Shown here in pieces: positions 12,925-25,738 of a stretch of 64,000 bases of DNA. The number at the start of each line of letters is the position of its first letter. Position 1 is the stretch's first letter. Where the stretch lies: positions 29,388,001-29,452,000 of the forward strand of contig OX597818.1 of the NCBI GenBank assembly GCA_951406725.2. Reading direction: 5' to 3'. Below the pieces are notes generated by a model. It was not told the origin of the DNA. It ran no database searches and was given only the letters and a program-made list of their open reading frames with translations. Source of the DNA: Octopus vulgaris. Its lineage: Eukaryota. A program made the translations under genes and the position numbers.

Positions 12925-13238
12925 TGGGTGTTGTGAGTGTTTATTGAGCGAAAAACACCTAAAGCTCGACGAGGCTCCGGCAGGGGATGGTGGTGATCCC
13001 TGCTGTACTCTTTCACCACAACTTTCTCTCACTCTTCCTTCCCGTTTCTGTTGTACCTGTATTTCAAAGGGCCGGCCTTGTCACTCTCTGTGTCACGCTG
13101 AATATCCCCGAGAACTACGTTAAGGGTACACGTGTCTGTGGAGTGCTCAGCCACTTACACGTTAATTTCACGAGCAGGCTGTTCCGTTGATTCGGATCAA
13201 CCGGAACCCTCATCGTTGTAACCGACGGAGTGCTTCCA
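12925..13238 (+). mobile_element. SINE family D, 5'-truncated
   Basis: Near-identical reverse complement of 37975-38290. Confidence 0.9.
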
Positions 13239-14274
13239 TAGTGCTTCCATTTGTGTTTAATAAAATATGTAACGTGGAAACACATACACTCACAGACAGA
13301 CATACACTCATATACAAAATGTGATGTCGTCGTCGTCGTTGTGGTATAAAATATTCCTGACATACAATCACATACATATACTAAGATAGCAGCACAGAGA
13401 CATACATTCATGCATGTCAGTCATTACACATGTATATGTATGTATAAATGTGTGTGTGTTTAATAACGTACCTAACATCGAAAGATGCACACATACACAC
13501 TCATACGCTAACAGTCATTTACAAAATGTTATGTCGTTATCGTCATGGTATGAAATGTCCTGTTGACAATAGAAATAATTATCTCTATGAAATGTTATAT
13601 TGTTTTAATTGAAATGAAAATAAAATTTCGTATTGACACAATAATGTACATAATTCCTCATCTCTTAAATATAGAACTGTAACAGAAAGATTATCTCTAT
13701 GAAATGCTGTATTGTTTTAATCAAAAGGAAAATAAAATTTTGTACTGACACTGACCAGCCTTCACATACATATAGTATGTTTAATAACGTACCTTACGCA
13801 GAAAGACACACACTGTGAGACATATACACACCCATTCACACACATTCACAGACATATAATGTCATATGCAAAATGTGACGTCTTGGTCGTCATCAGTCAT
13901 CACGTATGTATATGTATGTATAGATGTGTATGCTTAATAATATACCTAACGCAGAAAGACATACACGCACACACACACTATGAGACATATACACACTCAT
14001 ACACTTACACTCACAGACAGATACTCAGTCATATACAAAATATGATGTTTTCGTCATTGACAATAAAAATATTGCAGTGTAGAAGATGTTTGTAAGCCAT
14101 TCAAGAACTCACAAAAACCTTTAGTTTCAATTAAAACATTTAAATTTCATTGGTGTCAAAATATTTTCATTGCTTTGAAACCGTGGCCTGTTCACAGATA
14201 AAACTTCGCGTTGCATCTGTGAAAGTAACAGTTAGTTCATGATATATGTGTGTGCTTATGTATGTGTGTATGTA

Positions 14275-15212
14275 TGTATTCTTTTATTTGTTTCAATCAT
14301 TTGACTGAGGCCATGCTGGAGCACCACATTTAGTCAAACATATCGACCCCAGGACTTATTCTATCAGTCTCTTTTGTCAAACTGCTAAGTTACAGAGGAT
14401 GTAAACACACCATCATCAGTTGTCAAGCAATGGAGGGGACAAATGCAGACACACAAACATATACACATACACACAGGCATATATATATATATATATTTAT
14501 GTATAAATCAAATTCAATTATTGGCATCCGTGCTAGCGAGGTGCAAAGAGCACCATACGAGTGTGATCATTGACAGATTGGCTAACTGGCTTCTGTACCA
14601 GTGGCACATAAAAGGCACCATTTGAGCGTGATCATTATCAGCGTCGCCTTACTGGCACTTGAGCCCCGTGCTAGTAGGGTGCTAAGAGCACCATCCGAGT
14701 GTGATCGTTGCCAGAGCGACTAACTGGCTTCCGTGCCAGTGGCACGTGAAAGGTACCATTCAAGCGTGATCGTTACCAGCATCGCCTTACTGGCACCACT
14801 GCCAGTGACATGTGTAAAAAGATTTGAGCGAGGTCATTGCCAGTACCGCCTGACTGGCCCCCATGCCAGTGACATGTAAAAGCACCCACTCCACTCTCGG
14901 AGTGGTTGGCATTAGGAAGGGCATCCAGCTGTAGAAACTCTGCTAGATCAAGATTGGGGTCTGGTGCAGCCATCTAGTTCGCCAGCCCTTGGTCAAATCA
15001 GCCAACCCATGATAGCATGGAAAGCAGACGTTAAACGATGATGATGATGATGATGATATACAACAGGCTTCTTTCAGCTTCCATCTACCAAATCCACTAA
15101 CAAGGCTTGGTTGACCCAAGGCTATAGCAGAAGACACTTGCTCAAGATGCCATGCAGTAGGACTGAACCCGGAACCATGTGGTTGGTAAGCAAGCTACTT
15201 AACACACTGCCT
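14275..15212 (-). mobile_element. SINE family A (minus) interrupted by a family B copy (plus, 14520-15056)
   Basis: Tail half 14275-14445 and head half 15060-15212 match 1424-1793 in reverse. Confidence 0.75.
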
Positions 15213-15453
15213 CTCTTATGAAATTCAAATGTTGAATTGAAACCAATGGTTTTTGTGTTCTTGAATGGCTTACAATCATCTTCCATGCTGCATTATTTTT
15301 ATTGTCAACAGGACATTTTATACCACAATGACAATGACATCACATTTTGTATATGACTATGTATATGTCTGTGAGTGTATGTGTATGTGCAGATTTGTAT
15401 GTTTTATGTATTCTCATGCATATAGTTACATATCTAGATATGCTTGTATATAT

Positions 15454-16160
15454 TTAAATGATAAACTTCTGGAAAGTTTTACAGATTTTCACAGTTCGAG
15501 TGATGGATTGGATCTGTAGTCTTCGAATTAGCTTTCTCCTTCCTGGTTTTGAGAAGCATAATTTCTCAAGATTGGTATTTAGGCAGTGTGTTACATATTC
15601 CAGGGCCCCAATAATTACAGATATAAACCCGAACTTGTAATCCAGATAGAGTAACTGCAAATTTCTCAATAGTTCAGCATAGGTGTTCTCTTTTCCACTG
15701 ATGTTAACATCTGCTGGGCAGCTAATTTCCACAACTGTGCACAGTTTCTCTTCTCTATCCCAAATCATTATATTAGGCCTGCTGTGCTTACATTTTATTG
15801 AGGTCTTTACTGGTATATTCCACCAGTTTTCCTTTTTATTATGTGTGGTTATGGCTTCTACCATATTGTGGGTTTTTATTTCTTTGTCCTTGGGATTATC
15901 CTTCCAACGGATTTCATTATAGAGTGTCCTGGCTACAATGTCATGTCTCATCTGTAGGTAATACTATAATGATATTTTCAGACAGCTGCTTATGATGTGG
16001 GTGATATCTTCACAAAATCTACATCGGTGGTCACATTTTACATCTTTTCCTGCACCTCTAACCCTTTTGTGCATCAGGTTCTTTGTTGATATTTCCTGTT
16101 CCTGGATTACAAACACATACTCTTCAAAGTGGGATGTAGTAATCCAGCTATTGGTCCATG
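15454..16160 (-). mobile_element. R4/Dong-like non-LTR retrotransposon 3' fragment
   Basis: CRFC..EDITHIISSC (CCHC), RHDIVA, RPNIMIWD..VEISCP (degenerate RLE PD-(D/E)xK), IIGAL. Confidence 0.85.
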
Positions 16161-16473
16161 ATAATGTGTGTATGTATGTATGTATGCATGCATGCATGCA
16201 TGTATGTATGTATGTATGTATGTATGTATGTATGTACGTATGTGAGCATTTACATATGTGTGTAGACATGTCTGCGTGTGTGTGTATGTGTATGGACATG
16301 CAAATGTATGCTTATGTACTGATATGTGTGTCTGTTCAAGTTGTATATATAACTGTTACTCCGTCAAAGGTTGTATATATGTGTGTGCCTCTGTGTGTGT
16401 GTGTATGTGTGTGTGTGTTCCAAGCACACAATCTCAGATCAAGTCATTTGCTATGCAAGTACATCTTTGTAAA

Positions 16474-16546
16474 CATATGGCATAGTGGTTAAGAGCGTGG
16501 GCTACCAACCCCAAGATTCCGAGTTCGATTCCAGGCAGTGACCTGA

Positions 16547-16600
<54 letters not shown>

Positions 16601-16753
16601 TCGAAAAATACCTTAGGAATGAGAACCCAGGTTTGAAATTTCCCCAAGACACCTGATGAAGGCTGGAGGGTATATCAGCTGAAACGTTGTGTTAACAACA
16701 ATGTAAATAATGTAAATAATATACATAATTCTTCATCTCTTAAATATAGACCT
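16474..16753 (+). mobile_element. tRNA-headed hammerhead element, best-preserved copy
   Basis: tRNA A/B boxes, (AAT)n, intact hammerhead core, tail cataattcttcatctcttaaatataga. Confidence 0.85.
16648..16693 (+). ncRNA. Minimal type I hammerhead ribozyme
   Basis: GACAC-CUGAUGA-A-GGCUG(10 nt)CAGCU-GAAAC-GUU^GUGUU. Stem I is GACAC/GUGUU, stem II is 5 bp, stem III is the palindrome ACGU. Confidence 0.75.
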
Positions 16754-16834
16754 GTAACAGAAAGATTATCTCTATGAAATATTGTATTGTTTTAATTGAA
16801 AGGAAAATAAAATTTCGTACTGACACTGACCAGC

Positions 16835-17430
16835 CCTCACATGCATATAGTATGTTTAATAATGTACCTAACATCAAAAGACACACACGCTGTGAGACAT
16901 ATACACACTCATACTCTCACACACATACAGTCACAGACAGATACACAGTCATATACAAAATGTGACGTGGGCATCATCATCGTCATCTTGGTTAGAATTA
17001 AAAGTAAAAGTATGAAAGTGAAAACATAGTATGTTTAATAATGTACCTAACATGGAAAGGCACACACACTGTGAGACATATAAACACTCATACACTCACA
17101 CACATACAGTCACAGACAGATACACAGTCATATACAAACTGTGACATTATCGTCATCATTAACCAGCCCTCACATATATATATAGTATGTTTAATAACAT
17201 ACCTAACGCAAAAAGACACACACACTGAGATGTATACACACTTATACACTCACATGTCGTCATCATGGTTAGAATTAAAAGTAAACGTATGAAAGTCAAA
17301 CATATAGTATGTTTAATAACATACCTAACGCGGAAAGACACACACATTGTGAGACATATACACACTCATACACTCACTCACATACATTCACAGTCATATA
17401 CAAAATGTGATGTCATCATCGTCGTGAAAA
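16835..17430. repeat. Minisatellite of ~130-180 bp units inside the Helitron (related units at 13280-14050)
   Basis: Recurrent atagtatgtttaataa..tacctaac..aaagacacacac..gagacatatacacactcatac. Confidence 0.8.
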
Positions 17431-17922
17431 GTAAAGCAATATATCACATTCCAATATAGATGTTATTCTTTCACTTTTGTTCTTCGAGTTTTGACACATA
17501 ATATGGGACCAGTGCCAATGTTGCATTGTTTTAATCCAAAATAATTATGTGTTGACAATCACGCGGTCTGATAGTATTACCATGTAAAATTTGATTTGAT
17601 TTGGTTGAGCCATTTGAGAATGCATTGGGAACAGAGAGACAAAGGATTTTATATATATAGATTATTGGAGTGAAAGGATATGTACCAACCTGAATCCAAG
17701 TATAGCTAAACATCTTGAAAAAAGAACACAACTCCATAATTCATACTAGTATAGTTGGTGACATTACCTGGGAAAATAAAATGTTGCAAGACTCTTTTGC
17801 TTAAGTCAGGACAGCTCTTGGCAGTGCATATGTATGTGTGTGCATGTCGTATAAACTTACACTTATGTAATGAGTGTGCACGCTACTTTAGAATAGAAAG
17901 TTGTGAACTTTATTACTTTCTG

Positions 17923-18070
17923 TGCATGCGTGCATGCATGTGTATGTGAATGCATGCATGTGTGTGAATGCATGCATGCATGTATGCATGTATGCATGTG
18001 TGCATGCATGCATGCATATGTGCGTGCATGCATGCATGTGTGCGTGCATGCATGCATGTGTGCATGCATG
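17923..18070. repeat. (TGCA)n/(TG)n microsatellite
   Basis: Direct reading. Confidence 0.9.
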
Positions 18071-19002
18071 TTAGAAATCTTGAATAGAGAATTCTCAGAA
18101 TGGTTTACATATCTTCACTATACCAGTAATGTGGTTTTATTTGGAGAATGTGAAATAGTTTGTTTCATTCTTACTTGGAGAATCCAAGGAATTTTAAGCA
18201 TTTATATAAATCTGTTGTGACAAAGCACAGTGCATCTATGTTAATAGATACAAGGGAAAACATATGGTCATGATACAAGAGCTGAAAGATTCTCATTAGT
18301 TTTTCATAGGTGTCATTCTTTTCTTCACTTTTTAATGAAACTTTCACATTTGCCAAACAGCTACTCACTATAACAGTGCATGACTTTTACTCTGTGTCTC
18401 ATAAAACAATAGTTGGCCCATTGTATTTACACTGGATTGATAGTTTTATTGGAATGTGCCATAAGTATTCTTTATTTTTAAATATGTGGAGAAATTATGG
18501 TTCTAGTGTGCCTTTAGTATGGCCATCAGGATAATCTTTCCTGCAGATAACATTGTATATGTTTACAATGTTTACAGTGTAGAATGTGTGTATCATCAGT
18601 AGGTAGTGTCTTGTGAACATTTTTGAACAGCACCTGATAGGATGGGTGATATCTTGCAAGCTGGTATGGTACAATTGACATTTTCCATCATGAAGGTTTA
18701 AAGGTATACTTATCTTTCTTGTTGATCAAATATTTAGCAGCCTTCTTCCATTTTTGGACAGAAAAGGCATAACCTATGTGAGCTGTGATGTATCTATTGA
18801 AGGTCTATCAAAACTGCTGGTATTCTCTAGCTTGTGATATATGTACCCATTCATAACGTTTTGCTGGTATAAGTTCTTTGGTTCACATGTAACAGTAGTA
18901 TACCCAGTGTACCTATTCAGGAGTTATTTGCCTAATTGTATGATGTTATCATTTTTGCTGTTGAGTACTTACATCATGTACTCATTTCTGATTTTACTAT
19001 TC

Positions 19003-19074
19003 AGTAGGTGTTGTCTAAATAACACAATACAGCACTCAAGTAGGTGTTGTCTAAATAACACAATACAGCACTCA
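19003..19074. repeat. 36-bp tandem duplication
   Basis: agtaggtgttgtctaaataacacaatacagcactca twice. Confidence 0.9.
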
Positions 19075-19261
19075 AGCTTTTGTTATCATTGGTGTGGAAA
19101 TTGCCAATAGACATTAATAATTTCCTAGTCCTGAAGTCCAAGGTGCTGATCTCTACAAATCCCCATTCTAGTATCCCAAAGGTACTAGCACTGGTACTGT
19201 GGGAACAGACATCCTTACCTCCTGATGCTTACTGAAGCATATGTGTATATTTGCACATAAG

Positions 19262-19497
19262 TATACATGCTGGCAGTCACCCATGCAGACCAGCATCTCC
19301 TCTCCAAGCGAAAGGCAAAGGCTGGTACAGCTTGGTACCAGTGATGTTGCAACTCATTTCTACAGCTTAGTGAACTGGAGCAATGTGAAACAAAGTGTCT
19401 TGCACAAGAACACAACACACAGCCCGGTCTGGAAATCAAACTCATAACCTCATGATTGTGAGTCTAACACTCTGACCACTGAGCCATGTGCCCTCAC
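19262..19497 (-). mobile_element. tRNA-derived SINE with CORE-like body
   Basis: Minus strand tggctcagtgg A-box, gtttgatttcc B-box, tcttgtgcaagacactt. Confidence 0.7.
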
Positions 19498-19679
19498 GTT
19501 TATATATATGCCAGCCAGCTCATTTTTAGTTTGTTTTTTTTTAATGGTACGATCTTTTATTCTTTTAATGCTCTTCCTTTCTTTTCTTCCTGTAAAAATA
19601 TGTTATTAATGTAAAGATATAAACCTCATCTTTCAGCAATATATTTCTGGAATTTTGAAGATAGAACTTTAATTTTTCA

Positions 19680-20010
19680 TCTGTTCTATGCTAATTGGTA
19701 TTGTTGTTGTTGCTGTTGCTATAGTTTTGGGTTTTGCAGTCGAGTTTTACTACCTGAATATGAAGGTGGTGAAAGTGAGTAAAGCAATGAGTGAAGAGAG
19801 AGAATTCAGATTGCAAATGTATAAAACTCAGGAAATGAGTTTTAACGTTGGATCATAGCAGTAAATTAAGGAGAGTAACTTGGGAAGATTGTTGACAGGT
19901 TAGAGATGAAAGAATAGATGGTGTGTGCATTAGTGTGTGCAAAGGAGTGAGTAAAAGAGAATAAAGAAATATAAACTTATGTATATATATTTAAGTATAG
20001 ATAAAAATAC
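19680..20010. repeat. Old dispersed repeat, inverted homolog of 25800-26230
   Basis: aacgttgg..gcagtaa..gag.taact.gggaagattgttgacag shared in opposite orientation. Confidence 0.55.
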
Positions 20011-20083
20011 AATGTTGTTTTATCAAAAAAAAAGAATAAGTGGTGTAACTATTTTAGGGATGTATGTGACATAGAGTATATGG

Positions 20084-21370
20084 GAGTGTCGGACAAAAGC
20101 CCCCTTGGACAAAAGTCCCACAGACAAAAGCCCCTTGGACCAGAACCCCATAGTTAAAGTGTGAAAGTGGACAAAAGCCCCACCAATAAAAGCCCCACAG
20201 TTATATTTTTCGATTATTTTTTTCACTTTTTACTTTCAGTCATTAGACTGAGGCCATACTGAGGCACCACCTTGAAGAATTTTTAGTTGAATCTAATGAC
20301 TCCAGAATTTTTTTAATGATTTTCAACCAGCACATGAAGTTAACCTTAGAAGGTATCTCTACATGCTAGAAATAACAGCCAAATCTCTTGAAATTTTTAA
20401 ATAACCCCGTCGTTTTTTATATTTTCTAAAAATCTTTTTACTTGTTTCAGTCATTTTAAAATATATGTTTAAAGTCTTTTGTTTTTTTCTCTCAGCACTT
20501 ACAGATTAATAAGAATAAGTTGACCTTTTGAACTTTTCCTGGTCATTGAAAGTTTAATGGAATCATAACACTGATGTACTAATCGTTTTTATGTTTCTAC
20601 ACATTTCTTGAAGTAAATGCTTTCCCATTTGTTAGAATTTAGAAAATATGTACATTGAGTAGTAAAGAGACTTGTGTTCTGTTATTCTATTATTGATGTT
20701 AAGTTTGATTTATTTTCATTTTCAAACTTTAAAATTATTCTAAAAATGAGGAAAATAATTGAAACACATGGAATATACCATTGTGAGGGATATAGATTTG
20801 ACAATGCTTTTCGATTGAATATTTTGTTTACTAACATAGACGTAAGAGTGGCTGTGTGGTAAGTAGCTTGCTTGCGAACCACATGGTTCCAGGTTCAGTC
20901 CCACTGCGTGGCACCTTGGGCAAGTGTCTTCTACTATAGCTGTGGGCCGACCAAAGCCTTGTGAGTGGATTTGGTAGACGGAAACTAAAAGAAGCCCGTC
21001 GTATATATGTATATATACTCCAGGACTTATTCTTTGGAAGCCTAGTACTTATTCTATTGGTCTCTTTTGCTGAACTACTAAGTTACGGGGATGTAAACAC
21101 ACCAGCGTCAAGCGATGTTGGGGGGACAAACATAGACACACACATACATATATACAAGGCTTTGGTCGGCCCGAGGCTATAGTAGAAGACACTTGCCCAA
21201 GGTGCCACGCAATGGGAATGAACCCAGAACCATGTGGTTGGTAAGCAAGCTACTTACCACACAGCCACTCCTGTGCCTGTTTTTTTTATTTAAATTTTTG
21301 AGGGGTATTTTGTACTGGGAGCTTTTGTCCAAGGGGGTTTTGTCCTAGGGGTCTCTTTTGTCCAGATCCC
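20084..21370. mobile_element. Non-autonomous DNA transposon (MULE-like) with nested SINEs
   Basis: Terminal inverted arrays of GGACAAAAGCCCC. Flanking direct repeat (a/g)gtatatgg at 20075-20083 and 21371-21379. Confidence 0.7.
20845..21275. mobile_element. Two family A SINEs, tail-to-tail
   Basis: 20845-20962 is the reverse complement of ~21154-21270. Confidence 0.85.
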
Positions 21371-22559
21371 GGTATATGGACCATCTGTACAGGTTAGTGA
21401 AAACTAATTTACAGAATTTCTTAAATCCTATTGTCTTGTAATTCTTATATTTTAGCTTATTAAAAGTTGAAATAAATCAAAAGTAATTTACAAAAGTTCG
21501 GATTTTACAATTACCATTTAAATACATAGGATTTTTTTTTTATTTTATTTCATTTCAAAAAAAACTTTTTGCACTTTCCCAGCTAATAACAATCACTGCC
21601 AACTTCAAGTAGTTTGGCTTTCTGGCTTGCAGAATTCGATATTTAGGTGCTGTTTTCTACTGCTGGAGTCCACATGTTGTGGTGTTTGTTTCTCTGATCA
21701 ATCTCAGCCTCCTTATTTTATGTTTTCACTCTTATTACCTTTTATAATCAGTAATCTCACCATGAGTCCTTTTCTTTTTGCTCACTTTTTTCAGTCATAC
21801 TTGCTATATCACTTTCTTATCGAGATACGAAAGCTCTGAAATGAGATATGTAATGTTCAAAGCAAATTTACTAAAGATGAAAGCTGAAACCTGTCTTAGC
21901 AATTTAGATATCTTATGTCTTGCTCAATCTGATCTTTGTTACTATAATCTCTATAAATAGTAGTACTTATTTGTGTCAGGTCGCTCTTGTGTACTACTGG
22001 CAACACGTAATACTGTACAACCTGTTGCATGGTCGGATCATCGGCAACTAAACTGGCAACCCCACCAAGCTTGCTTAGTGAGGAGGGTGGTTGTTGGACA
22101 CCTTATGGAATGAAAAATAAGACCTGTTATAAGGCGGAGGAACTCATGAACAGTCAACGGCCATCCAACAAATGATCCAGGACAAGATCTGAAACTGCAT
22201 CGATGACGATGGGTTTTGCATTGAGGAAAGTGGGGCTAACTCTTAATTTGTCATTGCTCCCAGGTTCGTCCTGGTCCAAAGTGAGCAACTGTTAGGACTA
22301 GGAGAAGGACAACTCTGAACATAAAACTATTCAAGACAGGGAAGTACTTTAGCTACAAACAGGCATATTCCCTAGATGATGATAACACCAATCTAAAATC
22401 CGTGTGATGCTTCCCTAGACTCAGGGTCTGCAGTATGATGTTGTAGCGCTGTATGGAACCAGCCATCTTGGTTTACTCCATGTTATTGGATAACTCCATG
22501 CAGTGCCAGTTAGTGGGTCACGGATTGTGCAACCGTTTCTCCACTATAAACTTCCTAGA

Positions 22560-25500
22560 GCAATCGTTTCCTACATCGTCTACGATTGTTTCGAAGTCCC
22601 ATCGTGATGAGTGCCGAATGGCAGGGGCAGGCTTAGGCTGGCTGCAAGCCCTTAGTTCTGCGCTTGCACACAGGCGGTCTCAGCAAGATGGTCGTTTGCT
22701 TCCTGGACGAGTAGCCGAGACAATCGGTCCTACTGAGACGACTGAGCAGCCTTGTTTAAGGATACGCTACACATCTCAAGATGAGGAAAGGCCTAGAAAA
22801 TGTGGCCTAAAAAACGCCTGCTCACACACCTAATCTGGATGGACAACTGCGTCCGTCGGAATGTCTTTCAAATGCAGTTGAAACATTAAAAGTAAAATTT
22901 AACCCCTGAATGTTGCAACCTGGAATTCTGAACTTTACTGGATAACACTAATACCTCCCTCCCAATCACCGCACTGCCTTTGTTGCGGTGGAACTCCTAC
23001 GCTACAACATCGACGTTGCCGCCCTCAGTGAAACTCACTTCCTTGAGGAGAAGTCACTTACGGAGGTAGGCGAAGGATACACTTTCTTCTGGAAAGGTCA
23101 CCCTGCTGGCTCCCCCCGCATGCATGGCATTGCTATTGCTGTCAGATCAGCTTTGGTTCCATCGCTGAGTCACCGGTTGGCATCAGTGAATGGCTCATGA
23201 CGATGCACATCCCACTAACCCATGGCCATTGGGCCACACTGCTTAGTGCTCATGCACCAACTCTCGCATCAGCCAAAGAGAACAAAGATGCCTTCTACAC
23301 TTCCCTGTATGCTGCTCTGCAGCGCATTCCACATGAAGACAAACTCTTGCTTTTAGGCAACTTTAACGCAGGAGTGGGATCAAACCATCACATTTAGCAT
23401 GGTATTCTCGGTTGGCACAGCATTGGAAACACCAATTCAAACCACCTTTGCCTCCTCGAACTTCATTCTGAATTTTCCCTTTACATCACAAACTCAATGT
23501 TCCAACTTGCTGAGAAACACAAAACAACGAGGATGCACCCCAGGTCCAAGCAATGGCACTTGATTGACTGACTATGCCATCACACAGACCTGCAGGATAT
23601 GAAAATCACCAGAGTTATGCATGGTGCCAACTGCTGGACTAACCATCGTTTGGTCCGATGCCGGCTTCACTTGCAAATTCATCCTCCTATCCATAAGCAA
23701 AATCTGAAGTAGATGCTAAATGTTGTAACTCTGCAGTCGCGTGAATCCCGCCAGAAACTGGCAGTAACACTGGAACAAAAGTTTGCCGAACTCCCTGATG
23801 CCGAGCCTGGACCAACTGATAGACAAACTTTGACGTCAGAGTGGGACACTCTAGCAACCATTATTATCATTAATGCTGCCAAAGATATATTTGGTGTTCT
23901 GAATAGACGTCATCAACTACTCACTCCTACGTGAGATGAATGCTGCACACAGCAGACATCTCTGTCAACCAACAGCAGCCAACCACAGACTTTGGGCAAG
24001 CCTCCGCTCTGAGGTCCAGCGAAAACTTAGAACCATGCAGAACAACTGGTGGAAGACTAAAGTACAAGAAATACAAGGCCATGCTGACACAAGCAACATC
24101 CAAGCTTTTTACGAATCCATAAAGACTACATACAATTCAATTAGAGGATCCTTCTGCCCCATATGGAACGATGATTCACATCACTCATCAAGGACCGAGA
24201 TGGCATTTCAACTGTAGAAACCCCATAGACCCTTCTTTTCTCGACAACATCTCTTCACTACACTCATCGTATGTGTACATGATACACCAACCTTTGGAGA
24301 AATTGAATCTGCGATAAATGACCTCACGTTGAACAAGATATCCGGCATTGAACATCTGCCAGCTGAGATCTTGAGGTATGGCGGCCGGTTCCTCTAAGCC
24401 CGCTTTCATGCTTTCATATACAAAAACAAAGGTGACAGAGTAGTCGGTGGAAAATAGCCGAGGCATCTCTTTGCTTTCGGTTGCTGGTAAGGTCTTGCCA
24501 TTCCAAAGGACTTTCATACAGGAATGATGGCCAGAGTCGACTGATTCTTTTCGGTTCAAGTCAGTGTCAAGCAAGAATGCGTATTTACCCCGGACATCTT
24601 CAACTTCTACATGCAGCCGTAGCCCTCCACGTCAGGCATTCATTCAAACTGAAAGATGCAATAACTATCATGTACCGGCCAGATGGTAGTATTTTCAATC
24701 TGGGACACCTGAAATTTGTAACAAAGACGTCATCTCAACACATCTTCAAGTTGCAATATGCAGATGATACGGCACTTGTCAGCCATAGCTCTGCTGGTCT
24801 TCAAAGGCTCTTGGACCACATGTCAGATGCATACAACCATGCTGGCCTAGTCATCAATACCAAGAAGACGGAAATCCTCCAACAGCCTTGTGCTTCCGAC
24901 ACCAACCCATGCTCCTTCCATGTTGAAGATGCGACAATTGCTAATGTTAACCAATTCACGTACCTTAGCTCAGTCCTCGATCTGACAGACGATATTCAGC
25001 GCCATATTCATCTTGCCTCTGCTGCGTTTGGTCGGCTAAGTACCCGCCTCCTTCTCAACAAAAACATCAACATCAGAACGCGAGTGGCGGTCTACAATGC
25101 TGTTTGTGTCTCAATCCTGCTATATGGCTACGAGTCTTGGGTGCCTTACCGGCGTCATATTAAGATGCTCGAATGGTTCCTCGCCTTCAACAACTCCTTG
25201 ACTTACACTGGTGGAACAGGATCCCTCATGCTGAGATACAGGGCCGAACAAACAGCCAGCCATTGGAGGTAACTGTCGTTAACCGCCAACTCAGATGGTC
25301 AGGGCATGTCATTCGAATGCCTTCAAGTCGATTGCTCCGCCTTGTTATGTACGGCGAACATGATGATGGAAGACGTTCTGTCGGTGGCCAGCAACAAGCG
25401 CTTTAGAGATCACCTAAAGGCAAGACTGAAAAAGTGTTATATCCCTCCCGACAGCCTCGAATCAATGGCTGCAGATCGCGCTAGCTGGCACGATGCTTAC

Positions 25501-25738
25501 AAGACTGGCACCAGCAAACTCCAAGAAGATCTACTGCAGAGTGAAGGGGCACACCGCGCCCGGTGGCACGTGCAGAACCCTGGAAGTCAACAGCAGCAAG
25601 GCTTTACATGCTCCACCTGCGGACATATCTGCCTCTCCAGAATCGGACTTCATAGCCATCAGAGGTCACATAATCACAAATGACGTTTGGGAAAAGTACT
25701 CATCGCTTCGCGATGTTCACGAAATGATAATGATGAAT
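22560..25738 (+). mobile_element. Near full-length degenerate RTE-BovB-like LINE
   Basis: APE domain (NVATWN, YNIDVAALSET, LLGNFNA), RT LQYADD, QLRWSGHVIRM, terminal CSTCGHICLSRIGLHSHQRSH finger, (ATG)-type tail. Has stops, frameshifts and an internal RT deletion. Confidence 0.92.

Larger units (their letters stand above)
12041..17661 (-). mobile_element. Non-autonomous Helitron with nested insertions
   Basis: Minus strand A|TC at 17661 and CTAG|T at 12041, with hairpin cccaagcaatgctggg ~8 nt upstream of CTAG. A second similar 5' terminus lies at 12681-12718. Confidence 0.65.

Noticed and set aside
14520-14900. Regularly spaced repeats resembling a CRISPR array
   Set aside because: The units are mutually similar tandem subrepeats of a retroposon, with no unique spacers or cas genes, in a eukaryotic context.
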